This document shows positions 10,402-20,829 of a DNA stretch of 64,000 nt, piece by piece. Origin of the DNA: an uncultured Saprospiraceae bacterium (GTDB lineage: Bacteria; Bacteroidota; Bacteroidia; Chitinophagales; Saprospiraceae). Both the position numbers and the translations under genes were made by a program. Where the stretch lies: positions 67 to 64,066 of the forward strand of contig CALBWK010000044.1 in NCBI GenBank assembly GCA_937969415.1, given 5' to 3'. The first letter of the stretch is position 1. Each line of letters begins with the position of its first letter. The notes under the pieces were generated by a model that did no database searches, had not been told where the DNA came from, and saw only the letters and a list, made by a program, of their open reading frames with translations.

Positions 10402-11484
10402 TTAATGTTGTACTACAAAGGATTGACCATAGGTCCTTTCACCATACTGAGCGATGAGATTGTAATGACCATTTGCATAGTGAGAAGTATTAAGTACAGT
10501 TTGTCGAGTAGTTGGTTTCAATTCCTGTAATACTTTCCCCTCATTCGATAAAATCATTATTGTCTGAGGAACTTCAGAAAACTCAATGTAGACGGCTGCA
10601 TCGGCAGGATTAGGTGACACAGATGTTATAAATCCTAGATCCAATTTAACATCCTCAACTGAAGTACGAAGTCCATATTCGTTTATTCTAAATTCTCTAG
10701 CATTAAGAATTTGTCTGGACAAGTAATCACCCTCCACATAAGGTGATACCAAGGCTACAACTCTCAGATGCTCTGGATTCTGATCACTAGGAATCAGGTA
10801 AGTATAATCGTTGGTGTAAGTTTCTCCCAATTGTATGTTCTCAGGAAAAGAAACTTCTGTACCCCAGTGACCATCAATTATCTCACGGACCACATCCATA
10901 TGCGTATAGTTCCAAATAATATCGCCCAAGCCCTCTAGAGGATGTCCTACTTGGTCGTTATAATAGCTATGTTGCTCTACTCCTCTGACATAATCTTCGA
11001 CAATCATAACGGTAAGTCTGTAGTCAGCAATCGAAGGCAATGACTCAAATACTGAGGCTAGACTAAAAGTCAATTCTCGCTCTACTCCATTATAAGAGAG
11101 GTTCTGTATATCTAGGGAAACTACAGCTTCTTCACCCACACGATCGACTATACCTTGTTCCAGGTTAGTCACAGTAGTATATAGTCTACCGTTGATTGGG
11201 GCTCTATCGATCATAGCTTGTGGTACACCATTGACACCTAGGTCATCCCACAAGGCAATGCTTTCTTGATTGGTCAGTGGATTGTCTATCCAAGTCACTG
11301 GCTTATGATGATTAACTCTAATAGTGTTAGGGTATTGTTCCATCAAGTTATCAATGACTATAGAAGCATTAGGGCATTGCCCACAATAGGCATTGGTAAA
11401 TTTTTCTATCAGCACTGTTTTTTGGGCGGTGCCAAGTCGGCACACAAGAGCTAAGAAAAGAAATAGGTATAAAGACTTGTTCAT
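10402..11484 (-). CDS. Secreted thioredoxin-fold (Omp28-like) protein with a T9SS C-terminal sorting domain
   Basis: Signal peptide. CGQCP motif. C-terminal VSPNPADAAVYIEF...GHYNLIAQ...FVVQH is typical of Por_Secre_tail domains. Confidence 0.65.
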   Translation of the reverse strand: MNKSLYLFLFLALVCRLGTAQKTVLIEKFTNAYCGQCPNASIVIDNLMEQYPNTIRVNHHKPVTWIDNPLTNQESIALWDDLGVNGVPQAMIDRAPINGRLYTTVTNLEQGIVDRVGEEAVVSLDIQNLSYNGVERELTFSLASVFESLPSIADYRLTVMIVEDYVRGVEQHSYYNDQVGHPLEGLGDIIWNYTHMDVVREIIDGHWGTEVSFPENIQLGETYTNDYTYLIPSDQNPEHLRVVALVSPYVEGDYLSRQILNAREFRINEYGLRTSVEDVKLDLGFITSVSPNPADAAVYIEFSEVPQTIMILSNEGKVLQELKPTTRQTVLNTSHYANGHYNLIAQYGERTYGQSFVVQH

Positions 11485-11548
11485 ATTATGGCACTTAAAT
11501 AAGAAGCTTTGAAGGACAAAAATATAAGGACTTAACTAAGCAAGCTGC

Positions 11549-12127
11549 CTAATTATCAAATTCCTTGAGCACTCGACGGCATCTTACCTTTATTGCTGCA
11601 GAGCCCATAGGCATAATCTCTTTAACGAGGGCAACCAATTCTGACTGAAGTTCTGGGTACGATCTCGCTATCTTCTGTAGTACTGTGAGCCCAAAAGCTC
11701 TGAGAGCAATGGCATGTTTGGGGTTCTCTACATAGTCAAAACACTTATCGCAGAGATGGCCTTCGAGGTCTTCAGGCAGGTCAATATCTTCAAAGATTCT
11801 TAGGATATTTCGAGCTACGGCATCGTGCTTTGGGTTATCTAGAGTTTTGACCATTTGCTCTAGATACGGGGCAACCAGCTTATGATTTTCTACGCCTATC
11901 ACGCCTACAGACCAGGAGCTGCGTTGGCAGTATTGTAAGTTGTCATGAAAGAAAAAATGCATCAAGGCTTTCATTTTTTTTGCAGAATTGCCTACGTAGG
12001 TGATGAGTTCATTTCTAAGCGCTTTAGAATGGCCTTTCTCCAGGATTTCTCTAATGTGTTCCCGCTCCTTCATAGCCCAAAGATAATCTAGATTGCCTTT
12101 CACATCTAAGGATAATTTATATAACAC
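11549..12127 (-). CDS. Hypothetical helical-repeat protein (possibly AlkD-like DNA alkylation repair fold)
   Basis: All-helical 192 aa ORF. Start is uncertain: GTG at 12127 or ATG at 12073. Assignment is by weak resemblance only. Confidence 0.4.
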   Translation of the reverse strand: MLYKLSLDVKGNLDYLWAMKEREHIREILEKGHSKALRNELITYVGNSAKKMKALMHFFFHDNLQYCQRSSWSVGVIGVENHKLVAPYLEQMVKTLDNPKHDAVARNILRIFEDIDLPEDLEGHLCDKCFDYVENPKHAIALRAFGLTVLQKIARSYPELQSELVALVKEIMPMGSAAIKVRCRRVLKEFDN

Positions 12128-12155
12128 ATATTTATATTATTTAATATGAAAACTC

Positions 12156-12163
12156 TATGTTTG
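12156..12163 (+). promoter_or_regulatory. Candidate -7 box TATGTTTG for metG
   Basis: Exact TAnnTTTG match 72 nt upstream of the metG ATG. Confidence 0.3.
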
Positions 12164-12234
12164 CAGCAAGCCCATTGACTAGTATCGACATCCCAAAGAT
12201 CGATTGATTATGAATTCTTAGGATTTAGATTACG

Positions 12235-14376
12235 ATGAGAGAGATAAATAGGTACTTAGTCACAGCAGCGTTGCCTTACGCCAATGGGCCTTTACATATA
12301 GGCCACCTTGCTGGAGCTTACCTTAGTGCAGATATATATTCCAGATACTTAAGACTTGCGGGACAAGATGTCGTCTTTATTTGTGGCTCTGACGAACATG
12401 GGGCAGCGATAACAATAAAAGCACTCAAAGAAGACAAAGAACCTCAGGAAATAGTAGATACTTACCACGCCTTATTTCAAGATACTTTCCAGAAAATGGG
12501 TATCTCGTTTGATAAGTATCACAGGACCTCAGCAGAGCTTCATCATCAGACTTCCCAAGACTTTTTTAGAGAACTACACAAGCGTGGCGAATTCATAGAA
12601 AAAGAGTCCGAGCAATACTATGATCCTGTAGCAAAGCAATTTCTAGCAGATAGATATATAAAAGGGACTTGCCCTAAATGCAATCACGATAGCGCCTATG
12701 GCGATCAATGTGAAAAATGTGGGAGTGCACTAAGTCCTACAGAGCTCATCAATCCTGAAAGTACTCTAAGTGACGGAAAACCAGAACTCAGAACCACCAC
12801 TCATTGGTTTCTTCCTTTGGACAAATACGAAGTGTGGCTCAAGGAATGGATCAACAAAGGTGAGCTCAACGGTGAGCAACTACACTTCCCAGAGGAGTGG
12901 AAAAACCACGTGCTCGGTCAGTGTCGTTCTTGGTTAGATAATGGTCTGCATCCAAGGGCGATGACTAGAGACCTCAGCTGGGGAGTCGATGTACCCCAAG
13001 AGATAAAAGGTGCTGAGGGCAAAAAGCTTTATGTCTGGTTAGATGCACCTATCGGATATATCTCTGCAACAAAAGAATGGGCTGCGGAAAACGATAAAAA
13101 TTGGGAAGATTATTGGAAGGCTGACGATAGCGCTCTGATCCACTTCATAGGAAAAGATAACATCGTTTTTCATTGCCTCATCTTTCCATCTATCCTGAAA
13201 GCGCATGAGGGCTATGTTTTGCCTTATAATGTTCCTGCCAATCAGTTTATGAATTTGGAAGGAGATAAGATCTCTACTTCTAGAAACTGGGCCATCTGGG
13301 TGCACGAGTACCTAGAAGATATGCCAGATAAGCAAGACGAGTTGCGTTATGCATTGGCTAAGAATATGCCCGAACTCAAGGATAGCGAATTCACTTGGAA
13401 GGGGTTTCAAGATGCCAACAATAACGAACTGGTTAATAACCTCGCTAACTTCATTAATCGGGTTGTCGTCTTGACCAATAAATATTATGAAGGTGTCGTG
13501 CCTGATTTTGATGAAGATTCAAGCTTTATTGGTCCTGAAGGAGAAGAAAGCTTACCTGCTTTCCATGATAGTGAGCTCGTAAGACTCAATGATCATCTTC
13601 TTGATTATCGACAACAGATGAGCAAGTACGACTTTAGAGGAGGCCTCAAGACGCTGATGCTGATCTCTTCACAAGGAAATCAGATACTCCAAGCTAACGA
13701 GCCATGGAAACTTATCAAAGAAGACGAGGAAGCCGTCAAGCCTATTATGAACTTAATGCTACAGTATCTCAAGGTATTGTCAGTAGGTATGCGACCTTTC
13801 CTACCCTTCTCTGCAGATAAGATGATGGACTTACTTAATCTGCCTGCAATTACTGAAGACGGAGAACTCAATGCTATAGGAGAGTTGCTCTGTGAAGGAG
13901 AATTGATAGTACCTGTCGGTCATAAGATTGGTGCGCCGTCGCACTTGTTCTCTCGTATAGATGATGAAGTCATCAAGGCACAAGTCGACAAACTAGAAGC
14001 TACCAAAGTTGCCTCTGCTGCTGCAGCTACTCCAGCGGCACCACTAAAATCAACAGTTCAGTTTGATGACTTTATGAAGATGGACTTGCGAGCAGCGACA
14101 ATCATAGAAGCCAAAAAGGTTAAAAAAGCAGACAAGCTCCTAGAATTGACACTAGATGTCGGTTTTGAAAAAAGAACAGTAGTCTCTGGCATAGCACAAC
14201 ACTTCTCTCCCGAAGAAGCTGTGGGACAGCAAGTTACGCTATTGGCCAATCTCGCTCCCCGAAAAATAAGAGGCGTAGAATCACAAGGAATGATCCTTAT
14301 GGCAGAAAACGGTGATGGTAGTTTGAAATTTATCCAGCCTACAGAGGGTACTGAGAACGGCAGCTCCATTAGCTAA
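12235..14376 (+). CDS. metG: Methionine--tRNA ligase with a C-terminal tRNA-binding (EMAP/Trbp111-like) domain
   Basis: HIGH motif (PLHIGHLAG). Zinc knuckle CPKC..CEKC. KMSKS variant KISTS. C-terminal FMKMDLRAATI...VVSGI. Confidence 0.97.
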   Translation: MREINRYLVTAALPYANGPLHIGHLAGAYLSADIYSRYLRLAGQDVVFICGSDEHGAAITIKALKEDKEPQEIVDTYHALFQDTFQKMGISFDKYHRTSAELHHQTSQDFFRELHKRGEFIEKESEQYYDPVAKQFLADRYIKGTCPKCNHDSAYGDQCEKCGSALSPTELINPESTLSDGKPELRTTTHWFLPLDKYEVWLKEWINKGELNGEQLHFPEEWKNHVLGQCRSWLDNGLHPRAMTRDLSWGVDVPQEIKGAEGKKLYVWLDAPIGYISATKEWAAENDKNWEDYWKADDSALIHFIGKDNIVFHCLIFPSILKAHEGYVLPYNVPANQFMNLEGDKISTSRNWAIWVHEYLEDMPDKQDELRYALAKNMPELKDSEFTWKGFQDANNNELVNNLANFINRVVVLTNKYYEGVVPDFDEDSSFIGPEGEESLPAFHDSELVRLNDHLLDYRQQMSKYDFRGGLKTLMLISSQGNQILQANEPWKLIKEDEEAVKPIMNLMLQYLKVLSVGMRPFLPFSADKMMDLLNLPAITEDGELNAIGELLCEGELIVPVGHKIGAPSHLFSRIDDEVIKAQVDKLEATKVASAAAATPAAPLKSTVQFDDFMKMDLRAATIIEAKKVKKADKLLELTLDVGFEKRTVVSGIAQHFSPEEAVGQQVTLLANLAPRKIRGVESQGMILMAENGDGSLKFIQPTEGTENGSSIS

Positions 14377-14386
14377 ACACTCACAA

Positions 14387-15085
14387 TTATTTTCTTATAA
14401 ACTGGTAGCCCCCTTTTTCTGTGCCCCATACTTGGACTTTATCGGAAGTAAAACCTTGTTCCCAGCTCATAATCTGGCCTTTTCGGACCTTAAGGATGGT
14501 AGAAGCATAGCTAGCACCCTTATCGGAATTGATACAATGATCCATTCTGGTAGAGCCTGAGTAGGAACCGTCAGCGTGCTGGATCACATAGAGAGTGCAA
14601 CCTTCTTCCTCATCTAGGAGTGAAAGATCAAACTGGTCAAAATATGCTGGACTTTTCCATTTACCGACAACAGAATTGGGATCGGTCAACTTATATCTTT
14701 TGATCTCAAAACCGCCATTGTTGTCTTTGAGGAGCTCATAGATGCGCTGCTTGACAGGTGTGGCTTCTAGTCCCTCTATAGCTTGTTCGACATATAGGTA
14801 TTTAGTTGAGCGAGAAGACCAGATAGGCGCAGTATGGAGTAAGATATTGTGTAATGATGAATCTGGTGCCATCACATTTTCGGAAATGAAGGAGCCCGTC
14901 ATATCAGTGACTAGGCCTGTCAAGTTGGTTGACTTCGTAATATTGTCCAGAACTGATCCATTACTTTTAGTCTTTGTAACTCTTGTATTATTGCTAGACC
15001 TCGATTTTGAGCTCGTCTTACAACCAGAAACAAGTATCAATAAACACAACAGAAAGGAAGAGCAAAGGCTATATGGCAGTTTCAT
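14387..15085 (-). CDS. CpcT/CpeT-family (DUF1001) lipocalin-like lipoprotein
   Basis: Leader LILVSGC. Family-like pattern YVEQA...RIYEL...GC.LYV...GSYSGST...C...VWG...GGYQFIRK. Confidence 0.6.
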   Translation of the reverse strand: MKLPYSLCSSFLLCLLILVSGCKTSSKSRSSNNTRVTKTKSNGSVLDNITKSTNLTGLVTDMTGSFISENVMAPDSSLHNILLHTAPIWSSRSTKYLYVEQAIEGLEATPVKQRIYELLKDNNGGFEIKRYKLTDPNSVVGKWKSPAYFDQFDLSLLDEEEGCTLYVIQHADGSYSGSTRMDHCINSDKGASYASTILKVRKGQIMSWEQGFTSDKVQVWGTEKGGYQFIRK

Positions 15086-15252
15086 CTAAGAGATTAGAGT
15101 ATTGAGTAAAAAAGGCTTTTGAGTCAAAAATCAAAGGTATAATTTCCAGTCATTCTTGAGTTATATCAGCACAGTGTATTAGACGAAACAATATCCAAAT
15201 AGGTTCAGGTAGACACAAAATAAAGTTGACTATGGTAATCCATAGTAAGCGG

Positions 15253-15260
15253 TATATTTG
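15253..15260 (+). promoter_or_regulatory. Candidate -7 box TATATTTG, which would give a very short leader for the DUF4105 gene
   Basis: Exact TAnnTTTG match ending 12 nt before the ATG at 15272. Confidence 0.3.
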
Positions 15261-15271
15261 ATAATCATCCT

Positions 15272-16438
15272 ATGCGACAAATACGCTTCATTTTCATATT
15301 CTTATCTGTCTTTACAGCTGTAGATAGTCTATCAGCACAGCTGTCAGATAATGCTGAAATATCACTTTTGACTTGTCGAAGGGGGGACGATATCTATAAT
15401 ATGTATGGTCATACGGCCATACGCATTACAGACCCTGCAGTCAGGATGGATCAGGTCTATAACTATGGGGTTTTTAGTTTTAGTGAGCCGGGCTTTTTGA
15501 TGAAGTTTCTAAGAGGCAAATTACTATATAGGCTAGAAAAGGGTTCCTACCAGAGATTTTCCAAAAATTATATTCCAAGCGAGCGGTATGGTGTTGCCAA
15601 GGGAAGATCCATCATTGCCCAGAGCTTAAATCTGACCACAGAAGAAAAGAACAAAATATATCAAGCCCTAGAGACCAATTGTCTACCAGCTAACAAGTCT
15701 TACTACTACGACTTTTTCTTCGATAACTGCTCTACGAGGTGTAGAGACCTGTTTAGGAACGAATTGCCTGGCTTAGCCTATCCAACCGAGGCAGAGCATC
15801 CCCACACATTCAGGACCTTGCTTGACGAGTACACAGATGTATGGCCATTTACAGATTTGGGCCAAGATCTCATCGTAGGGTCAGTTGCTGATCAGATTGC
15901 TGGAGTCGAAGGGGAAATGTTCTTACCTGAATTTCTACAGTCAGTTCTAGATCGCACAACCCTCAATCATAAGCCTTTTGTCAAGGAAACTAAGTTGCTA
16001 CTAGACTATGAAGACCTAGAGTCAAGTCGCGGGGAGCAGCCGTGGCCATGGCCAGTCATCATTTTTGGCTTCTTACTCATTCTAGAATTTGTCCGATTTA
16101 TAAAAAGGGAGGCTTTGTCTCAGTCTAAATGGCTGCGCCGTGTAGATAGCCTCTGGTATTTTATCTTAGCTATCGGTGGATTGATTATCTTATTGATGTG
16201 GTTTGGAACAGACCACCTGACAACTAAGAAGAACCTCAATCTCTTATGGATGAGCCCTCTCTTTTTTATTTATCTCGTATCCCGATCTCGTTTAGTGGGA
16301 TTGATTTTGGGGATCTTAATGCTAATTGCGATACTTCTCTCTCCTTTGATACAAAGCTTACACCCTGCCGTTTTAATGATTATCGGCATCACTTTACTTA
16401 AAATATGTAGTCATTCTCTGGTCTTGCGGAAAGCCTAA
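15272..16438 (+). CDS. DUF4105 (Lnb N-terminal periplasmic domain) protein with a C-terminal membrane domain
   Basis: Signal peptide. SLLTCRRGDDIYNMYGHTAIRI motif. Four or five C-terminal TM segments. Confidence 0.7.
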   Translation: MRQIRFIFIFLSVFTAVDSLSAQLSDNAEISLLTCRRGDDIYNMYGHTAIRITDPAVRMDQVYNYGVFSFSEPGFLMKFLRGKLLYRLEKGSYQRFSKNYIPSERYGVAKGRSIIAQSLNLTTEEKNKIYQALETNCLPANKSYYYDFFFDNCSTRCRDLFRNELPGLAYPTEAEHPHTFRTLLDEYTDVWPFTDLGQDLIVGSVADQIAGVEGEMFLPEFLQSVLDRTTLNHKPFVKETKLLLDYEDLESSRGEQPWPWPVIIFGFLLILEFVRFIKREALSQSKWLRRVDSLWYFILAIGGLIILLMWFGTDHLTTKKNLNLLWMSPLFFIYLVSRSRLVGLILGILMLIAILLSPLIQSLHPAVLMIIGITLLKICSHSLVLRKA

Positions 16439-16580
16439 ATAGTCTGGTTTCTGAGTGCTTATCTGACTTTTTGTCAATAAAAGAGCAGATCTACACCACA
16501 ATTGACAGATAATTGTTGTTAGGGTAGCAATGGTATCAATATTGACATACCATAGCCTGAAGTAAAGACAAAGAAGAGAT

Positions 16581-18995
16581 ATGTTTAAAAACCTGATTAT
16601 ACCTGCTCACGCAGATGATATAAAAGACGCTGAGATTCTTCCATTTTTCTCCATAGCTGAAGATGAAGAAAATGATAAGAACGCAGAGAATTATCCTGAC
16701 GAGATTCCCATTCTAGCGCTTAAGAATACTGTGCTGTTTCCAGGCGTCGTCATTCCGATCACTGTCGGGAGAGCAAAATCTGTCAAAGCAGTAAAGGAAG
16801 CACATACTTCTGACAAACTCATAGCCGTATTCTCCCAAAAGGTAACAGAAATAAAGGATCCTTCTGCAGATGATTTGTTCCAGACAGGTACCATAGCTAG
16901 AATCATCAAGGTCCTAACTATGCCCGATGGCAATAGCACGGCAATACTTAAAGGTGTCAAAAGAGGGAAGCTGATAGAGATGTCTCAAGAGGAGCCTTTT
17001 CTCAAGGGTGTCGTTGCTCAGTTTCCAGAGAACTCATCAGAAGATGTCAAGTTCAAAGCGAGAATTAGCAGCATCAAAGACTTGGCTAAGAAGATTATCG
17101 AGTTATCACCGCAGATCCCCAATGAGGCCAGTTTGATGCTCGCCAATATTAATAAAGATGCACATCTGCTCAACTTTATTTGCTCTAATCTGAACATCTC
17201 TACGCCAGAAAAACAAAAACTATTAGAGATGGAGGACCTGGTAGAAAAAGCCAAAGTCGTCCACAAAAAAATAGACGAAGAGATGCAGATGGTCGAAGTA
17301 AAAGGCCAGATAGAATCTAAAGTCAGGGGAGATATAGAAAGGCAACAGAGAGATTATTTTCTCAATCAGCAGCTTAAAACCATCCAAGACGAACTTGGCG
17401 ACAACCCTGCCAAAGAAGCCATCCTCGAGCTAGAGACTAGGGCAAAAGACATGAACTGGCCTGAGCCAGCCGCGGCGCATTTTCAGAAGCAACTGGCCAA
17501 AGCCAAAAGAATCAATCCTCAGGTTGCAGAATACTCTGTCACCATCAGTTACTTAGAGTTAATGCTGGATCTCCCGTGGGAGACTTATACTGACGACAAC
17601 TTTAATCTCAAAGATGTCCTGAAGGTTCTTGATGATGATCATTATGGTCTCGAAGATGTCAAAGAAAGGATAATGGAACACCTTGCCGTCCTCAAGCTTA
17701 AAGGAGATATGAAGGCACCTATCCTCTTGCTCGTCGGACCTCCGGGTGTCGGCAAGACGAGTCTAGGAAAGTCTATTGCTCGAGCACTCAATAGAAAATT
17801 CATCAGAATGTCACTGGGTGGTCTGCACGACGAAAGTGAAATCAGAGGCCACCGTAAAACCTATATCGGTGCTATGCCCGGGAGGATTTTGCAGTCGATT
17901 AAAAAAGCAGGCTCTTCTAATCCTGTCTTCATCTTAGATGAAATTGATAAGGTAGGAAAGGACTTCAGAGGGGATCCCTCTTCTGCTTTGCTAGAGGTAC
18001 TCGATCCTGAGCAAAACACAACTTTTTACGATAACTATTTAGAGTTAGATTACGATCTCTCTAAGGTAATGTTTATTGCCACGGCCAACTCTTTGAATAC
18101 CATTCAATCGGCCTTACTCGACAGAATGGAAGTCATTCAAGTGAGCGGCTACTCCGAAGAAGAAAAAGCAGAAATTGCTAAGAAGCACTTGATACCAAAG
18201 CAGATAAAAGAGCACGGCCTCAAGAGCAGCGATATCAAAATTTCTAAAGCGACGCTTGCTGCCTTGATCGGATCCTACACTAGAGAATCAGGTGTCAGAT
18301 CTCTGGATAGAGTTATAGCAGGTGTTATGCGAAATATCGCCAAGAAAAAAGCGATGGAAGAGACTTATGATAAGTCAATTAAGGAGGAAGCTCTTTTTGA
18401 TATCCTAGGGCCCAGCAAATACGATAGGAAAAAGATTACCAAAGTCAATAGACCTGGCGTAGCGATAGGATTGGCGTGGACGCAAGTAGGTGGTGACATC
18501 TTGTACATAGAAGTGAGTTTGAGTAAAGGAAAAGGCAAGCTTTCGCTGACTGGAAACTTAGGCGATGTAATGAAAGAATCTGCAACAACAGCACTGAGTT
18601 ATCTCAAATCTCATGGAGCTGGGTTGGGCATAGAGGCTGAGCGCTTTGAGCAAACAGATGTACATATCCACGTGCCTCAAGGGGCTATCCCTAAGGATGG
18701 ACCAAGTGCAGGGATAACGATGTTATCTGCATTGACCTCTGCATTTCTTGGTAAGAAAATGAAGTCCGGAATAGCAATGACTGGAGAGATAACCCTACGG
18801 GGACAGGTCTTACCTGTAGGTGGTATAAAAGAAAAAATACTCGCAGCTAAGCGAGTGGGGCTTAATCACATTATACTGTGTCAAGCTAATGAAAAGGACA
18901 TATTGAAGATCAATAAGGACTTCATCAAAGGTCTAGATTTTACTTATGTAGATCAGATGGAAGAAGTTCTTAAGGCTGCTCTAGGTGTTGGCTAA
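16581..18995 (+). CDS. lon: ATP-dependent Lon protease (endopeptidase La)
   Basis: 804 aa. Walker A GPPGVGKTS. Walker B ILDEIDK. Protease serine motif PKDGPSAGITM. Confidence 0.97.
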   Translation: MFKNLIIPAHADDIKDAEILPFFSIAEDEENDKNAENYPDEIPILALKNTVLFPGVVIPITVGRAKSVKAVKEAHTSDKLIAVFSQKVTEIKDPSADDLFQTGTIARIIKVLTMPDGNSTAILKGVKRGKLIEMSQEEPFLKGVVAQFPENSSEDVKFKARISSIKDLAKKIIELSPQIPNEASLMLANINKDAHLLNFICSNLNISTPEKQKLLEMEDLVEKAKVVHKKIDEEMQMVEVKGQIESKVRGDIERQQRDYFLNQQLKTIQDELGDNPAKEAILELETRAKDMNWPEPAAAHFQKQLAKAKRINPQVAEYSVTISYLELMLDLPWETYTDDNFNLKDVLKVLDDDHYGLEDVKERIMEHLAVLKLKGDMKAPILLLVGPPGVGKTSLGKSIARALNRKFIRMSLGGLHDESEIRGHRKTYIGAMPGRILQSIKKAGSSNPVFILDEIDKVGKDFRGDPSSALLEVLDPEQNTTFYDNYLELDYDLSKVMFIATANSLNTIQSALLDRMEVIQVSGYSEEEKAEIAKKHLIPKQIKEHGLKSSDIKISKATLAALIGSYTRESGVRSLDRVIAGVMRNIAKKKAMEETYDKSIKEEALFDILGPSKYDRKKITKVNRPGVAIGLAWTQVGGDILYIEVSLSKGKGKLSLTGNLGDVMKESATTALSYLKSHGAGLGIEAERFEQTDVHIHVPQGAIPKDGPSAGITMLSALTSAFLGKKMKSGIAMTGEITLRGQVLPVGGIKEKILAAKRVGLNHIILCQANEKDILKINKDFIKGLDFTYVDQMEEVLKAALGVG

Positions 18996-19072
18996 TATCA
19001 TTGGCGGTTAAAAAGTCGTTAAAGACTCTTTTTAGCGTTGAAGATTCACCATTTTTAGTGTTAACACTGGAT

Positions 19073-19729
19073 ATGAAACATTTACTACTTCTTAGTCTAC
19101 TCTGCTTGAGCTCTATAGCTATAGGGCAGAATACCCCTCAGGATGCAAAGAGACAAGTGATACAGTTCAGTGGTGTTGTCGTTACCCAAGATGAGTTTGG
19201 CGAAATGATACCCTTGCCATACACCAGCATTGGCATTAAGAATACGGCAAGAGGGACTTACTCAGAGACTGACGGATTCTTTTCATTGGTTGCAGAAGTG
19301 GGTGACACGTTGGTGTTTTCAAGAATTGGATTCAAGACAAGTGAGCATACAGTTTCAGATTCTCTAGAATCCAAGTTTTACTCTTGGTATCAGGTAATGT
19401 CTAAAGATAACATCCTGCTTCCAGAAGCAGTGATCTATCCTTGGCCAGATAGAGATCATTACAAAATTGAATTTCTAGCACTAGATGTTTCTAACGAACT
19501 AAGGGAAAGAGCGGAAGCGAATTTGGCTGCAGAAGTTCTCGAAAGAATGAAGTACGAGGTAGCATTAGATGGTGAAAATGCCCACGAGATTGAGCTGGCC
19601 AAACAGCAATTTGAATATCAATATTCAGGTCAATATAAACCTCAGAAAATCTTTGATGTTGTCGCTTGGTCACAGTTTATTAAGGCTTGGAAAAGAGGTG
19701 ACTTCAAACGAAAAAAGAAAAAAAAATAG
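19073..19729 (+). CDS. Secreted carboxypeptidase-regulatory-like domain protein with a lysine-rich tail
   Basis: Signal peptide MKHLLLLSLLCLSSIAIGQ. GVVV...GFFSL..VGDTLVFSRIGFK pattern. The ATG at 19073 is preferred over the TTG at 19001. Confidence 0.6.
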   Translation: MKHLLLLSLLCLSSIAIGQNTPQDAKRQVIQFSGVVVTQDEFGEMIPLPYTSIGIKNTARGTYSETDGFFSLVAEVGDTLVFSRIGFKTSEHTVSDSLESKFYSWYQVMSKDNILLPEAVIYPWPDRDHYKIEFLALDVSNELRERAEANLAAEVLERMKYEVALDGENAHEIELAKQQFEYQYSGQYKPQKIFDVVAWSQFIKAWKRGDFKRKKKKK

Positions 19730-19845
19730 ACTTCAGGGAAGTCAAATCCCCAGCGACAGCCCAAATTCTAAGAGATTTAACACATATCAATGCGGTAATA
19801 CGATTTAGGTAGTGTACCTTCGAAGTAACCCCTAAATTCTTAATT

Positions 19846-20208
19846 ATGCCAATTAAATGTCTTGAGTGTAAGACTGAGCTATTTGGTAGAGCAGATAAAA
19901 AATACTGCTCTGACTACTGTCGCTCGGCTTACCACAACAAAAACAATTCTGACTCCAACAACTTTATGAGAAACATCAATAATATCCTGCGTAAAAACAG
20001 GCGTATATTGATGCAATTTAATCCTGGAGATAAATCAAAAAAAGTAGCCAAAGTGGACCTACTCGATGAAGGATTTAAATTCAGTTACTACACGAATGAG
20101 TATATCACCAAAGCAGGAAAAATCTACCACTTTTGTTACGAGTATGGTTATCTAGACCTAGGTAGTGGGAAGTATGCTATAGTGAAACGGAAAGAGTACG
20201 TGGAATAA
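19846..20208 (+). CDS. Hypothetical zinc-ribbon protein
   Basis: N-terminal CLEC..x13..CSDYC four-cysteine motif. 120 aa. Confidence 0.55.
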   Translation: MPIKCLECKTELFGRADKKYCSDYCRSAYHNKNNSDSNNFMRNINNILRKNRRILMQFNPGDKSKKVAKVDLLDEGFKFSYYTNEYITKAGKIYHFCYEYGYLDLGSGKYAIVKRKEYVE

Positions 20209-20227
20209 GATATTAAATAAATATATA

Positions 20228-20788
20228 ATGTATAAGAATCTGATAGCTATACTTTTAGTAGGGACTTTCTTCTGCAGCTGTCATAATGAGAAGGGAACAG
20301 TGCAGGAGGTCACTACCTCAGAGTTGAAGACCGAAAAGACGAAATCTTCTATCAATGTAAAGGATCAATCGCATCTCAACACTGCTGGTCTTTTGTGGAC
20401 AGAGCTATCAGACGCTTTAAATTATGAGAGTGCAGGCAGCAAAATGATTCTTTTGGATATCTATACACCGTGGTGTGGTTATTGTAAGCTGATGGATAAG
20501 AAGACCTTTTCGGACAAAGCCACACAAAAACTCCTCAGTGAGAACTTTGAATTAGTCAAGTTTAATGCTGAAAGTAGAGATAGTATTGATTTCAATGGAA
20601 GGAAATACGGATGGAGATCAGATGGTAAGAAAGGGATACATGAGTTAGCCGCGCAATTAATGGACGGAAAGCTTTCCTATCCGACTCTTATATTTCTAGA
20701 CAAAGACCTCAAAACTGTCAGAGTATCAAGAGGTTACAAGAATCCTGCGGAGCTGACACAAGAGGCTGAAATGGCTTTAAGATCATAA
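20228..20788 (+). CDS. Secreted thioredoxin-fold protein (DUF255-like)
   Basis: Leader ending FFCSC. WCGYC active-site-like motif. Confidence 0.7.
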   Translation: MYKNLIAILLVGTFFCSCHNEKGTVQEVTTSELKTEKTKSSINVKDQSHLNTAGLLWTELSDALNYESAGSKMILLDIYTPWCGYCKLMDKKTFSDKATQKLLSENFELVKFNAESRDSIDFNGRKYGWRSDGKKGIHELAAQLMDGKLSYPTLIFLDKDLKTVRVSRGYKNPAELTQEAEMALRS

Positions 20789-20829
20789 ATTATTTACTAT
20801 ATTAGTCGAATAACTCGAAAACGTACATT

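Noticed and set aside
19700-19729. A-rich run (aaaaaagaaaaaaaaatag), considered as a slippery or phase-variable homopolymer
   Set aside because: It sits at the extreme 3' end of the ORF and encodes a KRKKKKK tail just before the stop. A length change would only alter the tail, so there is no switch-like consequence.
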